Source: Candidatus Levyibacteriota bacterium
Lineage (GTDB): Bacteria > Patescibacteriota > Microgenomatia > Levybacterales > UBA12049
NCBI GenBank assembly: GCA_018061075.1
Contig: JAGOUW010000001.1
Location: forward strand, 12,401 to 76,400
Reading direction: 5' to 3'
DNA: 64,000 nt
The position numbers and the translations under genes are program-made. Under the pieces are notes generated by a model. That model saw only the letters and a list, made by a program, of their open reading frames with translations, did no database searches and was not told the DNA's origin. Shown here piece by piece: positions 23,234-34,044 of the stretch. Each line of letters begins with the position of its first letter. The stretch's first letter is position 1.

Positions 23234-23516
23234 CTTCTACATCCTCTATAACTGGTTTTAATGCATCAACTATTCTTTCTATTCTTTCTTCCCTAGGTGT
23301 CAGAACTCCTGTTTTCTCTGGTCTAACTCCAGTCATGCTCACTGTCGACATAGCTATTGTCCCAAAAACATCAAGAGCTTCCACTACTGCGCCTTCAAAC
23401 CTATAATCAGCCACCATTTGAACTCTTCTTCTTATTTTATGCTCCGGGGTCCCATTTGCAACAATCAATTCAACCCACTTTGTTGCTCTAGGTATATCTC
23501 TTTCTACGTCTGACAT
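23226..23516 (-). CDS. hypothetical protein (96 aa)
   Basis: ORF overlapping the fpg start by 8 nt; no motif recognised. Confidence 0.4.
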   Translation of the reverse strand: MSDVERDIPRATKWVELIVANGTPEHKIRRRVQMVADYRFEGAVVEALDVFGTIAMSTVSMTGVRPEKTGVLTPREERIERIVDALKPVIEDVEDA

Positions 23517-23534
23517 AAGTAGCTTTTATACCTT

Positions 23535-24638
23535 TTATCTATCTACTTTGTCAACAAAATCTTTTATCTCTTTTTCAAATCTTTTTTTACTAAATTTATC
23601 TGAGTGTTTTTGCAAGTCATTTGCATTAAACTTTATTTTTTCAAATTTTTTAATCGCACTGTTTATGCTTTCTATTGTCAGGTCATCAAAGAAAACGCCA
23701 GTTTTTCCCTCTATTACAGTTTCTGTTACTCCACCTGATTTATGAGCTATAACTGGCGTCCCATTCATCATGGATTCTACTGGAATAATCCCAAAATCCT
23801 CGTCAAGAGAAGCAAAAATGAAGCCTTTTGCCCCTTTCATTAACTTATCTTTTTCTGCATCTGTTATCTCCCCCAAATACTCAACATTAGAATTTTTTTC
23901 TTTTAAAAGTTCTGAAATTTCTTTTTCATATCCCCCAAAACTTTTCCCAAATACTTTTAAAGGAAGTCCATTTTTTAAGAAAGCGCGCATTATTAAATCT
24001 GGATGTTTTGCCCGAGCAATTCTACCTCCTGTCAAATAATAATCCCCTTTTTCTACAGTGCCACTTGAAACTTCAACTGGTGGATAAATTACAACTGAAT
24101 CTTTTCTGTAAAACTTTTCAATTCTAGCTTTTGTATTATTCGAATTAGCTATGAATTGATCAACATTTTGCGAAGATCTATGATCAATAATGCGAAGAAA
24201 ATGAATTGAAATATTCCCGATTATCTTAGTAATAATGTTTTTCTTCCAATTCCTCGCTGTTTCATATCCATATAAATAACGGGGTGGCGTATGGCAATAA
24301 CAAATAATCTTTGCGTTCTTTTTATTTATAAAATTAGGGTTATATGCTCCAGTCGCAGAAACAATAATTACATCAAATTTTGAGAAATCCATTGAATCAA
24401 AAATTAGAGGAGCAATTAAGCGAAGAGGACTTATCAGTTTCGCTTTAAACGGTAAATTTTGAGCCCAGGAAGTACGAATGTCAAACTTTTCAAAACGTTC
24501 TCTGTGTGGACCCAAATATTTTGGTAAATATACTGAAGTATAAATTGGAGCATTTGGAAAAACATTATGAAGCGATTCCAGAACTCTCTCTGCCCCACCA
24601 TATTCTTTTATATAATCATGAACTATCGCTACTTTCAT
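23535..24638 (-). CDS. glycosyltransferase family 4 (GT-B)
   Basis: C-terminal EDFGIIPVESMMNGTPVIA (E-x7-E-like GT1/GT4 motif). Confidence 0.8.
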   Translation of the reverse strand: MKVAIVHDYIKEYGGAERVLESLHNVFPNAPIYTSVYLPKYLGPHRERFEKFDIRTSWAQNLPFKAKLISPLRLIAPLIFDSMDFSKFDVIIVSATGAYNPNFINKKNAKIICYCHTPPRYLYGYETARNWKKNIITKIIGNISIHFLRIIDHRSSQNVDQFIANSNNTKARIEKFYRKDSVVIYPPVEVSSGTVEKGDYYLTGGRIARAKHPDLIMRAFLKNGLPLKVFGKSFGGYEKEISELLKEKNSNVEYLGEITDAEKDKLMKGAKGFIFASLDEDFGIIPVESMMNGTPVIAHKSGGVTETVIEGKTGVFFDDLTIESINSAIKKFEKIKFNANDLQKHSDKFSKKRFEKEIKDFVDKVDR

Positions 24639-24644
24639 ATTTTC

Positions 24645-25598
24645 CTATAATAAACCCAACTGGTCTTTCATTTCTTCCTCTTTTTTAACTTTCTTGCCCG
24701 CCTTAGCCTTGGCGGCGGCGGATGGTTTTTGGTCTAACTTAAATCTAGCAATAAGACTATTAAAATCTAACTTTTCAAACGAAGAAAGTAAAGCCTCTCG
24801 ATCTATACTTTTAACTTCGCATTCGCTAAATTTAAGATGGACTGGCGCATTTACTTCAATTGTTGCAAGTTTTTTAGCCATAACTGCCTGCTCAGCATCA
24901 GTTGCAAGTTTTTCAGAAATTCTAGGACTAACTTCTCCTAAATTCTCATAGATTTGTTCAAGTGTTCCAAATCTATTCACTAAATCTACTGCTGTTTTAG
25001 GTCCAATTCCCCCAACTCCTGGATAATTATCAGAAGAATCTCCAATAAGCGCTTTATAATCTACAAAATGCGATGGCTCAACTCCATATTTTTCTTTTAC
25101 TTTCTCTGGATCAAATAAAATCATTTTTGTTACTCCTATAATCGGAGCAAGTATTAATACCTGTGAATTTACCAGCTGAAGTAAATCCCGATCGCCGGTT
25201 AATATTATTACCTGATTACCGGGATCTTCTTCTGAAGCCTGTTTTGCCAAAGTCCCAATCAAATCATCTGCTTCATATCCATCTAAATCAAAAACGTTTA
25301 TTTTAACCTTATCCAACACTTCCTGTATGATTTTAAATTGCCCGCTTAAGCCATCATCCATCTTTGGCCTAGTCGCTTGATAACCTGAGAACATTTGCTT
25401 TCTAAAAGTAGGCGCCGCACGATCAAAACAAACTATTAAATGATCTGGATTTAGATCCCCCACTATTTTTAAGATCATTGAGAAAAATCCATAAACAGCG
25501 TTAGTTAATTGACCGTCGGCCGTTTTATTTAAAGGAGGAAGAGCATGATATGCGCGGTGAACTATGGCATTGCCATCAACGAGAACCAGCTTACTCAT
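24645..25598 (-). CDS. 5'-3' exonuclease (FEN-like, Pol I N-terminal-domain homolog) with Lys-rich C-terminal tail
   Basis: LVLVDGNAIVHRAYHA and LTGDRDLLQLV metal-site motifs. H3TH GIGPKTA. No polymerase domain. Confidence 0.8.
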   Translation of the reverse strand: MSKLVLVDGNAIVHRAYHALPPLNKTADGQLTNAVYGFFSMILKIVGDLNPDHLIVCFDRAAPTFRKQMFSGYQATRPKMDDGLSGQFKIIQEVLDKVKINVFDLDGYEADDLIGTLAKQASEEDPGNQVIILTGDRDLLQLVNSQVLILAPIIGVTKMILFDPEKVKEKYGVEPSHFVDYKALIGDSSDNYPGVGGIGPKTAVDLVNRFGTLEQIYENLGEVSPRISEKLATDAEQAVMAKKLATIEVNAPVHLKFSECEVKSIDREALLSSFEKLDFNSLIARFKLDQKPSAAAKAKAGKKVKKEEEMKDQLGLL

Positions 25599-25628
25599 GA
25601 AAGGATTATATCAAGTTTGTAGGAAAAC

Positions 25629-26231
25629 TTAAGCGGAGAGTTTTCTGTAAAGAAGAGTAACTGCGATAATCGATACTGGAATCGTGATTAAAAGCCCTAC
25701 CAATAGTGCTAATGCACCGAGAATATTAATTCCTATGATTAGAAGCATGAATAAGAATATATTAATTACATTTTTATCAGTTGCCTTCCAGCTCATTCGA
25801 AGCGAATCTAAAGCTCCTGCATTTTTATCAACTATATAATAGCTATAAAATTGAAGTCTAAGTGCTAAATAAATTCCAGGAATTACTAGAAGAATAAATC
25901 CAACCATTACTATTAAGCCGTATACAATCGAAGCGCCTATCATTCTAAGTAGATACTGTGGATATGCCCAAAGCTCACTAATCTCAGCTTTATGACCATC
26001 AATAAGCTTCAAAATTATTTTAATGAATCCAATTTGGAAGAAAAGTGTTAGTACCGTAAACCCTAAGGAAACTAATGAAGCCAGTAATCCTTCTCCGAAA
26101 AATCCCTGAACAACACCTTGGACTATTTGATAGACTACGAACGCCACCATTAAAATCGCTATGAACTTAGCGTTCTTTTTAACGAGCTCCCAAGCATGTT
26201 TGATAAGGCCGATTTTGTCGAATTGCTTCAC
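25629..26231 (-). CDS. hypothetical membrane protein (200 aa, ~5 TM)
   Basis: Hydrophobic ORF; no motif recognised. Confidence 0.45.
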   Translation of the reverse strand: MKQFDKIGLIKHAWELVKKNAKFIAILMVAFVVYQIVQGVVQGFFGEGLLASLVSLGFTVLTLFFQIGFIKIILKLIDGHKAEISELWAYPQYLLRMIGASIVYGLIVMVGFILLVIPGIYLALRLQFYSYYIVDKNAGALDSLRMSWKATDKNVINIFLFMLLIIGINILGALALLVGLLITIPVSIIAVTLLYRKLSA

Positions 26232-26273
26232 TCTCGCAATTGTTATACTTTTTTACTCAATTGTCAAGAGGGA

Positions 26274-28142
26274 TTAGGCTTCGATTGGGAGGATTGTGGG
26301 CTTATGACCTGGAAGCATTTTCTTAGGTCCTATTAATTTTTCAAATCCTTCAGACTCAATTGTCTCCTGTTTTAGAAGTTCTTCAGCTAATATATCAAGC
26401 TTCTTTCTAAGCTTTTTAAGAACCCTAGTCGCCTCCTCTAACCCTTCATCAATTATCTTTTTCACTTCATTATCTACTTTTGCCTGCATCTCAGGGGAAA
26501 GCTGATCAGTATCATATGGTGATTCTTTTTGTATTTCTAAAGTAACAGGTCCAAGACTACTCATTCCAAATCTCATAACCATAGCCCGAGCTATATTTGT
26601 CGCGCGTTCTATATCATTTGACGCTCCAGTTGTAATATCGTTAAATACAATTCTCTCTGCAGCCTGACCTCCAAGCATCATCGCAATTTCTTCAATTAAA
26701 TGTGACTTTGTCTCATGCACTCGGTCAATTGGCTCTGTCATAGTATGCCCTAAGCTCATTCCACGACTAACAATAGAAATTCGATGAATTGGGTCAATGT
26801 GAGGCATTTCCCAACCTACTAAAGCGTGTCCAGCTTCATGATAAGCAGTCATTTTTCTATCCATATCTGTTTGAAGTCTTTTCTTTTCAGGTCCTAATTT
26901 CACTTTCGTAGCAGCTTCTTCCAAATCTGACATATCAACTTTTTTTCTGTTATTTCTTGCAGCCCTAATAGCAGCCTCATTAAGCATGTTCTCAAGATCC
27001 GCTCCAGAGAATCCTACGGTTCTTTTTGCTACTTTATCCCAGTCGACTTTTACATCCATTGGCTTATTTTTAGCGTGAATTCCTAAAATATTTTTTCTAC
27101 CCTCAACATCTGGGAGTTCAAGTGCGACACGACGATCAAACCTACCTGGCCTAACTAAAGCTGGGTCTAAAATATCAGGTCTATTAGTTGCAGCCATTAC
27201 CACTAACTGTTCATTTGGTGAAAATCCATCCATCTCAACCAAGATTTGGTTAAGGGTCTGCTCTCTTTCATCATGCCCACCCATAAATCCAGAGCTTCGT
27301 TGTCTTCCAATTGCATCAATTTCATCTATAAAGATGATCGCTGGCTGAGATTTCTTAGCTGTCCCAAAAAGATCACGAACCCTAGATGCTCCAACTCCGA
27401 CAAGCATTTCCATAAATTCTGATCCTGCAATTGAGAAAAATGGAACATTTGCTTCTCCAGCTGTAGCACGCGCAAGTAAAGTTTTTCCAGTTCCAGCAGG
27501 GCCAATCATTAAAACTCCTTTAGGAGTTCTGGCACCAATACTCTTATATTTACCTGGGTTTTTAAGAAAATCAACGATTTCTTCAAGCTCTTTTTTAGCC
27601 TCATCTACCCCAGCAACATCATTAAAGGTAATTTTTGGTGTATCTTTACTGTAAAGCTTAGCCTTTGACTGACCAAAAGAAAAAACACTATCTTGCGCTC
27701 CCCTAGCTTGCCTAAATATAAAATAGAAAAATCCTACCATTAGAAGAATCGGAAGAAGTGACGCAAAAATACTGATCCAGTTATTTAAAGTGGTTTTATC
27801 ATTAATACTAACCTTTGTTTTACTTAGATCTACTCCTGCATCTTTAAAAAGAGTATAAACATTTGATCCTGGTTCTTTAAAAGCTTCGACATTTTTATCT
27901 TCAAGTTTTAAAACAAGCTTATTATCATGAACTTCAATCTCTTTAACATTTCCTCTTTTAACTTCTTGGATTGCTTGAGATAAAGGAACAGCATTTTGAG
28001 TACCCTGAGGCTGATTAACACCAATAAATAGAAGTCCTAGGAAAATAAAAACAGATCCATAAATAAGAAGATTTTTCCAATTCTTTACTTTTTTATTAAG
28101 CTTGGGGAAAAGCGTTTTCTTTGTTTTTCTGCTTACTGCCAT
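26274..28142 (-). CDS. ftsH: ATP-dependent zinc metalloprotease FtsH
   Basis: Two N-terminal TM helices. AAA+ Walker [17 protein letters not shown] region. HEAGHA zinc-binding motif. Confidence 0.95.
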   Translation of the reverse strand: MAVSRKTKKTLFPKLNKKVKNWKNLLIYGSVFIFLGLLFIGVNQPQGTQNAVPLSQAIQEVKRGNVKEIEVHDNKLVLKLEDKNVEAFKEPGSNVYTLFKDAGVDLSKTKVSINDKTTLNNWISIFASLLPILLMVGFFYFIFRQARGAQDSVFSFGQSKAKLYSKDTPKITFNDVAGVDEAKKELEEIVDFLKNPGKYKSIGARTPKGVLMIGPAGTGKTLLARATAGEANVPFFSIAGSEFMEMLVGVGASRVRDLFGTAKKSQPAIIFIDEIDAIGRQRSSGFMGGHDEREQTLNQILVEMDGFSPNEQLVVMAATNRPDILDPALVRPGRFDRRVALELPDVEGRKNILGIHAKNKPMDVKVDWDKVAKRTVGFSGADLENMLNEAAIRAARNNRKKVDMSDLEEAATKVKLGPEKKRLQTDMDRKMTAYHEAGHALVGWEMPHIDPIHRISIVSRGMSLGHTMTEPIDRVHETKSHLIEEIAMMLGGQAAERIVFNDITTGASNDIERATNIARAMVMRFGMSSLGPVTLEIQKESPYDTDQLSPEMQAKVDNEVKKIIDEGLEEATRVLKKLRKKLDILAEELLKQETIESEGFEKLIGPKKMLPGHKPTILPIEA

Positions 28143-28181
28143 TAAGTCGAAATTATAACACAGATCATGCTTGTATTAAAA

Positions 28182-29162
28182 CTACACAAGACCCATCTTT
28201 TCTTTTACTTCATTTAAGGTGCTGCTCGCAACCTCCCTGCAAATATTGGTATGGTCGTTTATCATGCGCTCAATATTAAAGGCACTTTCTATTTCTATTC
28301 TTTTTTCTTGAATAGGCTCTAAAACTTCAAAAATTACCTGGGAAACATCTGCTTTCATCTCAGAATATCTAATTACGCCGGCTCTATAATCCTGTTCGTA
28401 TTTAGTATATGCTTCAATGTGATTAAATAATTTTAAAAAACTAAATAGCGTTGCAACTCCTCCACTCTTTGGAACATCTCCACCACCTGTTCCAGAATCG
28501 GTTGGAACTGCAGCTATTTTTCTTTTTATGTCTTCTAGGTCATCTGTTAGAAGTATCGATGAGCCTTCAACGGTCTTACTCATCTTCCCTTCACCCATAA
28601 GTGATGGTATATATTCCCCAAATGTTTTAAATCTTTCCGGCTCTGGAAAAGTCTGTCCATAAACTGAATTAAACTTTCGAGCTATCTCTCGCGCTACCTC
28701 AAGATGCGGTTCTTGATCGATTCCAACTGGCACTAAATTAGCTTTATAAAGAAGAATGTCTGCGGCCATTAAGACTGGGTAATATAAAAGCCCCATATTT
28801 ACATATTTAGGATATTGAGCCTTTTTATCTTTATACGTTGGCAAATCTTCAAGACGAGAAACTGGATAAATTGTACCTAAAAGATATGCGAGCTCTGTAT
28901 GCTCTGGTACCCTGCTCTGGATTTCAATAAGACACTTTTCTGGATCGAGTCCTGCTGCTAAATAATCCAAAACCACATCTTTTACATTCTGCTGTAAGCT
29001 TTTAGGATCATATGGCGTAGTAATTGCATGCAGATCAACAACTGAGAAAACGCAATCATACTTATCTTGAAGCTCTAGCATGCCTTTTACGGCACCAAAA
29101 TAATTGCCTAAATGAAGGCGCCCCGTCGCACGAATCCCACTGTAAACCTTTTTCTTATCCAT
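28182..29162 (-). CDS. trpS: tryptophanyl-tRNA synthetase (start at internal Met MDKKK)
   Basis: HLGNY (HIGH-class) and KMSKT motifs. About 326 aa from the internal start. The upstream extension would overlap tgt. Confidence 0.8.
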   Translation of the reverse strand: MDKKKVYSGIRATGRLHLGNYFGAVKGMLELQDKYDCVFSVVDLHAITTPYDPKSLQQNVKDVVLDYLAAGLDPEKCLIEIQSRVPEHTELAYLLGTIYPVSRLEDLPTYKDKKAQYPKYVNMGLLYYPVLMAADILLYKANLVPVGIDQEPHLEVAREIARKFNSVYGQTFPEPERFKTFGEYIPSLMGEGKMSKTVEGSSILLTDDLEDIKRKIAAVPTDSGTGGGDVPKSGGVATLFSFLKLFNHIEAYTKYEQDYRAGVIRYSEMKADVSQVIFEVLEPIQEKRIEIESAFNIERMINDHTNICREVASSTLNEVKEKMGLV

Positions 29163-29208
29163 GTTTATGCCGCTAGAATTTATTCTAATCGGTAAGAGGA
29201 TTATAGCA

Positions 29209-30384
29209 TTAAATCCAGGAGTTTTTGAGGGAGGCAAACTTTCCATCGATAATAGATTGTCGGATTTTATTTGTTAGATTTACAGTGAAGTAAACATTGT
29301 GATATGAGGCTAAAGTGTAGGCTAATAATTCCTTACTTCTAAATAAATGGTTTATATATGCTCTGGGATAAGTCTTACAAACATAACAATCACAATTTTC
29401 ATCGATTGGTTTTAAGTCAGAAGCAAACTTAGATTTAGTGATATCAAATCTAAAACGATTCTTGATGTTTCCGATTGGAGGCGAAACAAAAACGTGGCCC
29501 ATTCTCCCAAGTCTTGTTTGAATAACGCAATCAAAGGTATCAATTCCCCGCTCAACTGCTTCAAAAATATCATCTACCTCTCCAATCCCGAGTAAATGTC
29601 TTGGTTTGTCTTCGTCCAAACAAGAAACAGTCCACTCCACTACTTCATACAAATTCTTCTTAGAAGCATGAGCACCTCCTAAAGCTATCGCATCGAAGTG
29701 AGAATTTACAAATTCTGCAGACTTTTTTCTAAGATTTTCAAACTGCCCACCATGAGTTACACCATAGATAAGCTGATCCGATCGTTTCTGCGCCTTCAGA
29801 GACCTTAAAAGCCATCTTTCTGTAAGCTCCAAGGACTTCAAGGTTTTAGACTCATCATAAGTTGGCGACTCTAAATCATCAAAAGCTACTATTAGATCTG
29901 CTCCCAGCTTTTCTTGGATTTTAATAGATGATTCAGGCGAAAGCATGTGCTTCGACCCATCAATGTGAGACTGAAATTCCACCCCATCCTCCGTAATCCT
30001 GTTCAGTCGTGGCTTAGATTCTTCAATATTCGTAGCAATTTCTTCCTTGAGGAACTTAACCCCTGGTTTTTCAAGCCCGACACCAAGAGAAAAAACCTGA
30101 AATCCTCCCGAATCAGTAAAAGTAGGGCCATTCCAATCCATCATTTTAGAAAGTCCGCCCATTTTTTCGACCATTTCCTCTCCTGGCTGAAGCATAAGAT
30201 GATAAGTGTTTCCAAGAACTGCTTGAGGCCCGATTTCGCGAATCTGAGCTCCGGTCATGCTTTTAAGTGTCCCCTTTGTGCCTACTGGAAAAAATGCAGG
30301 AGTCAAAACATCCCCATGTGGAGTTTTTATTACCCCTGCGCGAGCAGACTTATCCTTTGAAATTATCTTAAATGAAGGTTTCAT
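29209..30384 (-). CDS. tgt: queuine tRNA-ribosyltransferase
   Basis: DSGGFQ catalytic block and LGIGEVDD. CxCxxC...H zinc site (CDCYVCKTY). Confidence 0.9.
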   Translation of the reverse strand: MKPSFKIISKDKSARAGVIKTPHGDVLTPAFFPVGTKGTLKSMTGAQIREIGPQAVLGNTYHLMLQPGEEMVEKMGGLSKMMDWNGPTFTDSGGFQVFSLGVGLEKPGVKFLKEEIATNIEESKPRLNRITEDGVEFQSHIDGSKHMLSPESSIKIQEKLGADLIVAFDDLESPTYDESKTLKSLELTERWLLRSLKAQKRSDQLIYGVTHGGQFENLRKKSAEFVNSHFDAIALGGAHASKKNLYEVVEWTVSCLDEDKPRHLLGIGEVDDIFEAVERGIDTFDCVIQTRLGRMGHVFVSPPIGNIKNRFRFDITKSKFASDLKPIDENCDCYVCKTYPRAYINHLFRSKELLAYTLASYHNVYFTVNLTNKIRQSIIDGKFASLKNSWI

Positions 30385-31733
30385 TGTGAGGAATTTTCTT
30401 TTAGTTTAGCTACCAAATCTTTAAACTGATTTCCACGATCTTTATAATTCTTAAACATATCAAAGCTTGCACAAGCAGGGCTTAATAAGACAACATCTCC
30501 TGGAACTGCTAATTTACTTGCAGCCAACACAATCTTTTCCATAGAATCTGCTCCCTCTATAATTAAAGTTTCAGGTCTTACATTTTTTATTTCTGTTTTT
30601 ATTCTTGCCCACTCAGCTCCAATTCCAATGATTGCTTTTATATTTTCAGACTCTCCTATTACTTTTCCTAATTCTTCAAAATTACTATTTTTACTTGACC
30701 CCCCAAGTATTAAAATTTCAGGATTTTGGAAAGATTTTATCGCAGCAATTGCTGTTTCTGGGGTCGTAGAAAATGAATCATTATAGTACTCTACTCCATT
30801 AACTCTACCTACTAATTCAAGTCGATGCTCTAGACCTTTAAATGACTGGAGAGTCTTAATTATAGTACCAGCTCTAACTCCAGCTAAGTAAGCCGCAATG
30901 GTCGCTGCGCAGACATTTTCCTGATTATGTTCTCCTCTTAATAAGAGTTCCCGTGTATCAATTATAGGAATTGAGTTACCATTTGTTCTAAGAATCACTT
31001 GATTTCCTAAAGCAAAACATCCCTCCTCCACTTCGCGCTCCCTGGAAACATAATACGCTTTACCATTTGTTAAAATATCAGATTCATTACTTGGCGGATA
31101 ATCTCTATTTACGATCGCAAAATCATTATCAGTCTGGTGTGAAAGTATATTTCTTTTTGCGTCAATATATTCTCTGTGATCTTTGTGATAATCCATATGC
31201 TCACTTGTAACCATAAGCATAACTGCAATATGAGGGCTTTTTTCTAAATCCGCAAGCTGAAATGAACTCATTTCTAAAACAACCCAGGAATTTGGCGTAA
31301 GTTTTTCTAGAAAATCTAATGGTGGAATCCCTATGTTTCCTCCTAAATATGCATCTCTTCCATCAGCCTTAAGCATTTCATAAATAAGACTTGAAGTAGT
31401 TCCTTTGCCTTTTGTCCCAGTAACTCCAATCACAGGAGATGGACAAAGATCCATAAAAATTTTTATTTGCGAGGATATCTTTTTCTTAGAAACTTTACCC
31501 TCAAGATCTGACAACTTAACACCCGGGGAACGAACCACTAAATCAAACTTATCTAAATCACTTAGATAATTTTCTCCCTGGTTTTGATCTCGAATTTCCA
31601 CATCTGCGCCATTTCTCTTGAAGAATTCTACTGAAGATTTTCCCTCAACTCCTTCTCCGATGACTGCAATTTTTTTATTTTTAAACTGGTCCATAATCTT
31701 ATTATATAAAATAGGCTCGCAATTGCGAGCCAA
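30381..31733 (-). CDS. murD: UDP-N-acetylmuramoylalanine--D-glutamate ligase
   Basis: Mur ligase P-loop GVTGTKGKGTT. C-terminal LLSPACASFDMFKNYKDRGNQF matches the MurD signature. Confidence 0.9.
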   Translation of the reverse strand: MARNCEPILYNKIMDQFKNKKIAVIGEGVEGKSSVEFFKRNGADVEIRDQNQGENYLSDLDKFDLVVRSPGVKLSDLEGKVSKKKISSQIKIFMDLCPSPVIGVTGTKGKGTTSSLIYEMLKADGRDAYLGGNIGIPPLDFLEKLTPNSWVVLEMSSFQLADLEKSPHIAVMLMVTSEHMDYHKDHREYIDAKRNILSHQTDNDFAIVNRDYPPSNESDILTNGKAYYVSREREVEEGCFALGNQVILRTNGNSIPIIDTRELLLRGEHNQENVCAATIAAYLAGVRAGTIIKTLQSFKGLEHRLELVGRVNGVEYYNDSFSTTPETAIAAIKSFQNPEILILGGSSKNSNFEELGKVIGESENIKAIIGIGAEWARIKTEIKNVRPETLIIEGADSMEKIVLAASKLAVPGDVVLLSPACASFDMFKNYKDRGNQFKDLVAKLKENSSQ

Positions 31734-31744
31734 AACTATGTTGC

Positions 31745-31830
31745 GGGGCTAGGAGTTGCGCCTAGCCTGTGAGATTATGAGCCTCACGTGCACTGTACAC
31801 TACCCCGCGCGTTTAGGTATTATACCAGCT
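31745..31830. ncRNA. candidate structured RNA element in the murD / tRNA-Met divergent intergenic region (strand unresolved)
   Basis: Nested helices: an outer GCGGGG...CCCCGC stem enclosing hairpins CUAGG-N7-CCUAG and GUGAG-N9-CUCAC. GC-rich relative to the surrounding sequence. Confidence 0.25.
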
Positions 31831-31897
31831 TTATAGCCTCAGAGCAAACCAGGACGAGTTTAATTTTGATGCATTTTCTGGTATACTTGAGGCTGTT

Positions 31898-31972
31898 GGC
31901 GGCGTAGCTCAGTGGTAGAGCGGTGTCTTCATAAGGCAATGGTCGCAGGTTCGAACCCCGCCGCCGCCACCA
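31898..31972 (+). tRNA. tRNA-Met (anticodon CAU, elongator-like; CCA encoded)
   Basis: Cloverleaf GGCGGCG...CGCCGCC acceptor with G1:C72. Anticodon loop TTCATAA. T-loop TTCGAAC. Overall similarity to elongator tRNA-Met rather than initiator. Confidence 0.8.
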
Positions 31973-31978
31973 AAGTCC

Positions 31979-32000
31979 GGAAGCTCAGGCTTCCTTTTTT
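31979..32000 (+). terminator. Rho-independent terminator after tRNA-Met
   Basis: GGAAGC-UCAG-GCUUCC hairpin followed by TTTTTT. Confidence 0.6.
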
Positions 32001-32009
32001 AGTTATTTT

Positions 32010-32807
32010 TTGGTATATTTAACGGCTGTGGATAAAACTTTAATTCTAATTTCAGATTACGGAACAGGAGATCCTGCTTTTACAGAGGTCATTATTAGAC
32101 TTCGAAACCTCATTCCAAACGTATTTATTCATACACAATCAACTCCTCCCTTCTCTACCGTTAATACAGGATTTTGGATTTATCAGGTAGCCCTAACTCC
32201 AAACCTAAAAAACACTTACATTTTTTCTAACACTGCTCCAAGAAAAGACAAGAAGCATGCTCAAAAAAATAATAAAGGAGAAGTTCTAATGTATGCAAAG
32301 CTTAAAAACGGTTTTGAACTGGTAGGAATAAATGCAGGTTATAATTTCTCTTTTATAAAACCATTTATAGATAAATTCCACCATGTAATTGTAGAAAATG
32401 AAGGATCTCAGTTTAGGTCACGAGATAAATATCCATTTCCCGTAGCTAAAATGATAAAAAAAGATAAATCCTTTATTGGAATTCCCGAGAGCATAAGTAT
32501 AATTCCTGACGCACCGAAAAAATTAATAGCTTCAATTGACGGATATGGAAATATTAAAACATCAATTTATTCATCCGAAGCTAAGTATAAACCAGGGCAG
32601 ATGTTAACTGTAGAAATTAATGCTAAAAAACATGTAGCTACTTACACTGACGGGACTTTTAACATTCACGAAGGAGAATTAGCCTTCGCACCAGGTTCAT
32701 CAGGACACGAGGACCGATTTATGGAATTATTTTTGCGGGGTGGATCTGCTTCAAAATTATTCGATACACCTCAAGTTGAGAGCGAAATTAAGATAAAAGA
32801 GTCTTAA
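32010..32807 (+). CDS. SAM hydroxide adenosyltransferase family protein (DUF62, fluorinase/chlorinase-like)
   Basis: N-terminal LILISDYGTGDPAFTEVIIRL and C-terminal IASIDGYGNIKTSI resemble the two conserved DUF62 blocks. Confidence 0.5.
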   Translation: MVYLTAVDKTLILISDYGTGDPAFTEVIIRLRNLIPNVFIHTQSTPPFSTVNTGFWIYQVALTPNLKNTYIFSNTAPRKDKKHAQKNNKGEVLMYAKLKNGFELVGINAGYNFSFIKPFIDKFHHVIVENEGSQFRSRDKYPFPVAKMIKKDKSFIGIPESISIIPDAPKKLIASIDGYGNIKTSIYSSEAKYKPGQMLTVEINAKKHVATYTDGTFNIHEGELAFAPGSSGHEDRFMELFLRGGSASKLFDTPQVESEIKIKES

Positions 32808-33142
32808 TTCTTAAATAAATTCACCCATTTTTGCCAATTTGGAATATTTTCTACCTCTTTTTTATCCTTTTTCTGAATAAGCTCAGATGGCACAATCACT
32901 CCAGACTCCCCTGGCTTAACCATAAAAAGCTTATTTCTAGCCTCAGTTTCTACGAAATTTTCATCCTGAACTAGAACTAATTGCTGTTTTAACTTATCAT
33001 TTTCCCTTTTTTCCCTTTTTAGATCGTTTTCTGCAGTTACAACTAAATCCTGCTTGCTCCATAAGTCATAAATTGAGCGTACAAGTGTGTTAATTATAAG
33101 AATACAGATAACAATTGCGATGAAGAAAAATATTTTTTTCAT
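32804..33142 (-). CDS. ftsB: septum formation initiator family protein (FtsB/DivIC-like)
   Basis: N-terminal TM, coiled coil, and ETEARNKLFMVKPGE matching the FtsB conserved EQARxxLGMVxPGE block. Confidence 0.6.
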   Translation of the reverse strand: MKKIFFFIAIVICILIINTLVRSIYDLWSKQDLVVTAENDLKREKRENDKLKQQLVLVQDENFVETEARNKLFMVKPGESGVIVPSELIQKKDKKEVENIPNWQKWVNLFKN

Positions 33143-33182
33143 AGTTGACTACGAGCTCAGAACTGTGATATTATAGGCCATT

Positions 33183-34043
33183 ATGAATCAAATAAAACTC
33201 GTTGATGCCAGTTCGCAGTTCAAAAGTTTTCTAAAAGATAAAGGTCACTCGACCTCTACAATTGTAGCATACGGAAAAGACATCGAGCAGCTCGTTGGGT
33301 TCTTAAATGAGCTCGAAAGACAGCATGTTCATGATGTTTCTAAGGAAGACATAGAGGCTTTCTTAGCTAAAATGAATAACGACGGCTATACTCCTAAGTC
33401 AATTTCTAGAAAAATCAATTCTACGAGAACTTTTTATAGGTTTTTAAAAATCAATGAATTCATAACAGACGACCCTTCCCTTTTAGTAGCACACCCTAAA
33501 TATCAGCTTGCTCCTCCTAGAATTTTAACTCCTACCGAATATCGTGCTTTAAGAGATGCTGCTAGAAATGATGCCAGAATGTCAGCTATTATTGAGCTTT
33601 TACTTCAAACTGGAATTAGAATTGGAGAATTAACTGCACTACGTCTCTCAGATATCCAAAAAGAGTCACTTCACATCCCAGCAATGGAGAAACATGGAGA
33701 ACGCCTAGTACCCCTTAATAAAAGGGCTCAGGAAGCCTTAAAAAGGTATCTAGATATTCGTCCAAAAGTTACAGAAGATCATTTATTCATCACTAAATCC
33801 GGAAAGCCTTTCTTAATTAGAAACATTAGAACTTCAGTAGAAAGATACTTTAGACTAGCTGAGATCAAAAATGCTAAGGTAAATGATTTAAGACATACAT
33901 TCGTAGCACATCACCTTAAACATGGGGCTTCAATTGTTTTACTTTCAAAAATCCTAGGTCACAAGAGGCTTTCAACAACTGAAAGATACTTAGAATACGT
34001 TCCAGACAGAGCCTCAGAATCTCAAATCCTCTCAGAATTATAA
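33183..34043 (+). CDS. xerC: tyrosine site-specific recombinase, XerC/XerD family
   Basis: N-terminal SAM-like core-binding domain (STIVAYGKDIEQLVGFL). Catalytic R...HxxR...Y with HTFVAHHLKHGASIVLLSKILGHKRLSTTERY. Confidence 0.8.
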   Translation: MNQIKLVDASSQFKSFLKDKGHSTSTIVAYGKDIEQLVGFLNELERQHVHDVSKEDIEAFLAKMNNDGYTPKSISRKINSTRTFYRFLKINEFITDDPSLLVAHPKYQLAPPRILTPTEYRALRDAARNDARMSAIIELLLQTGIRIGELTALRLSDIQKESLHIPAMEKHGERLVPLNKRAQEALKRYLDIRPKVTEDHLFITKSGKPFLIRNIRTSVERYFRLAEIKNAKVNDLRHTFVAHHLKHGASIVLLSKILGHKRLSTTERYLEYVPDRASESQILSEL

Positions 34044-34044
34044 T

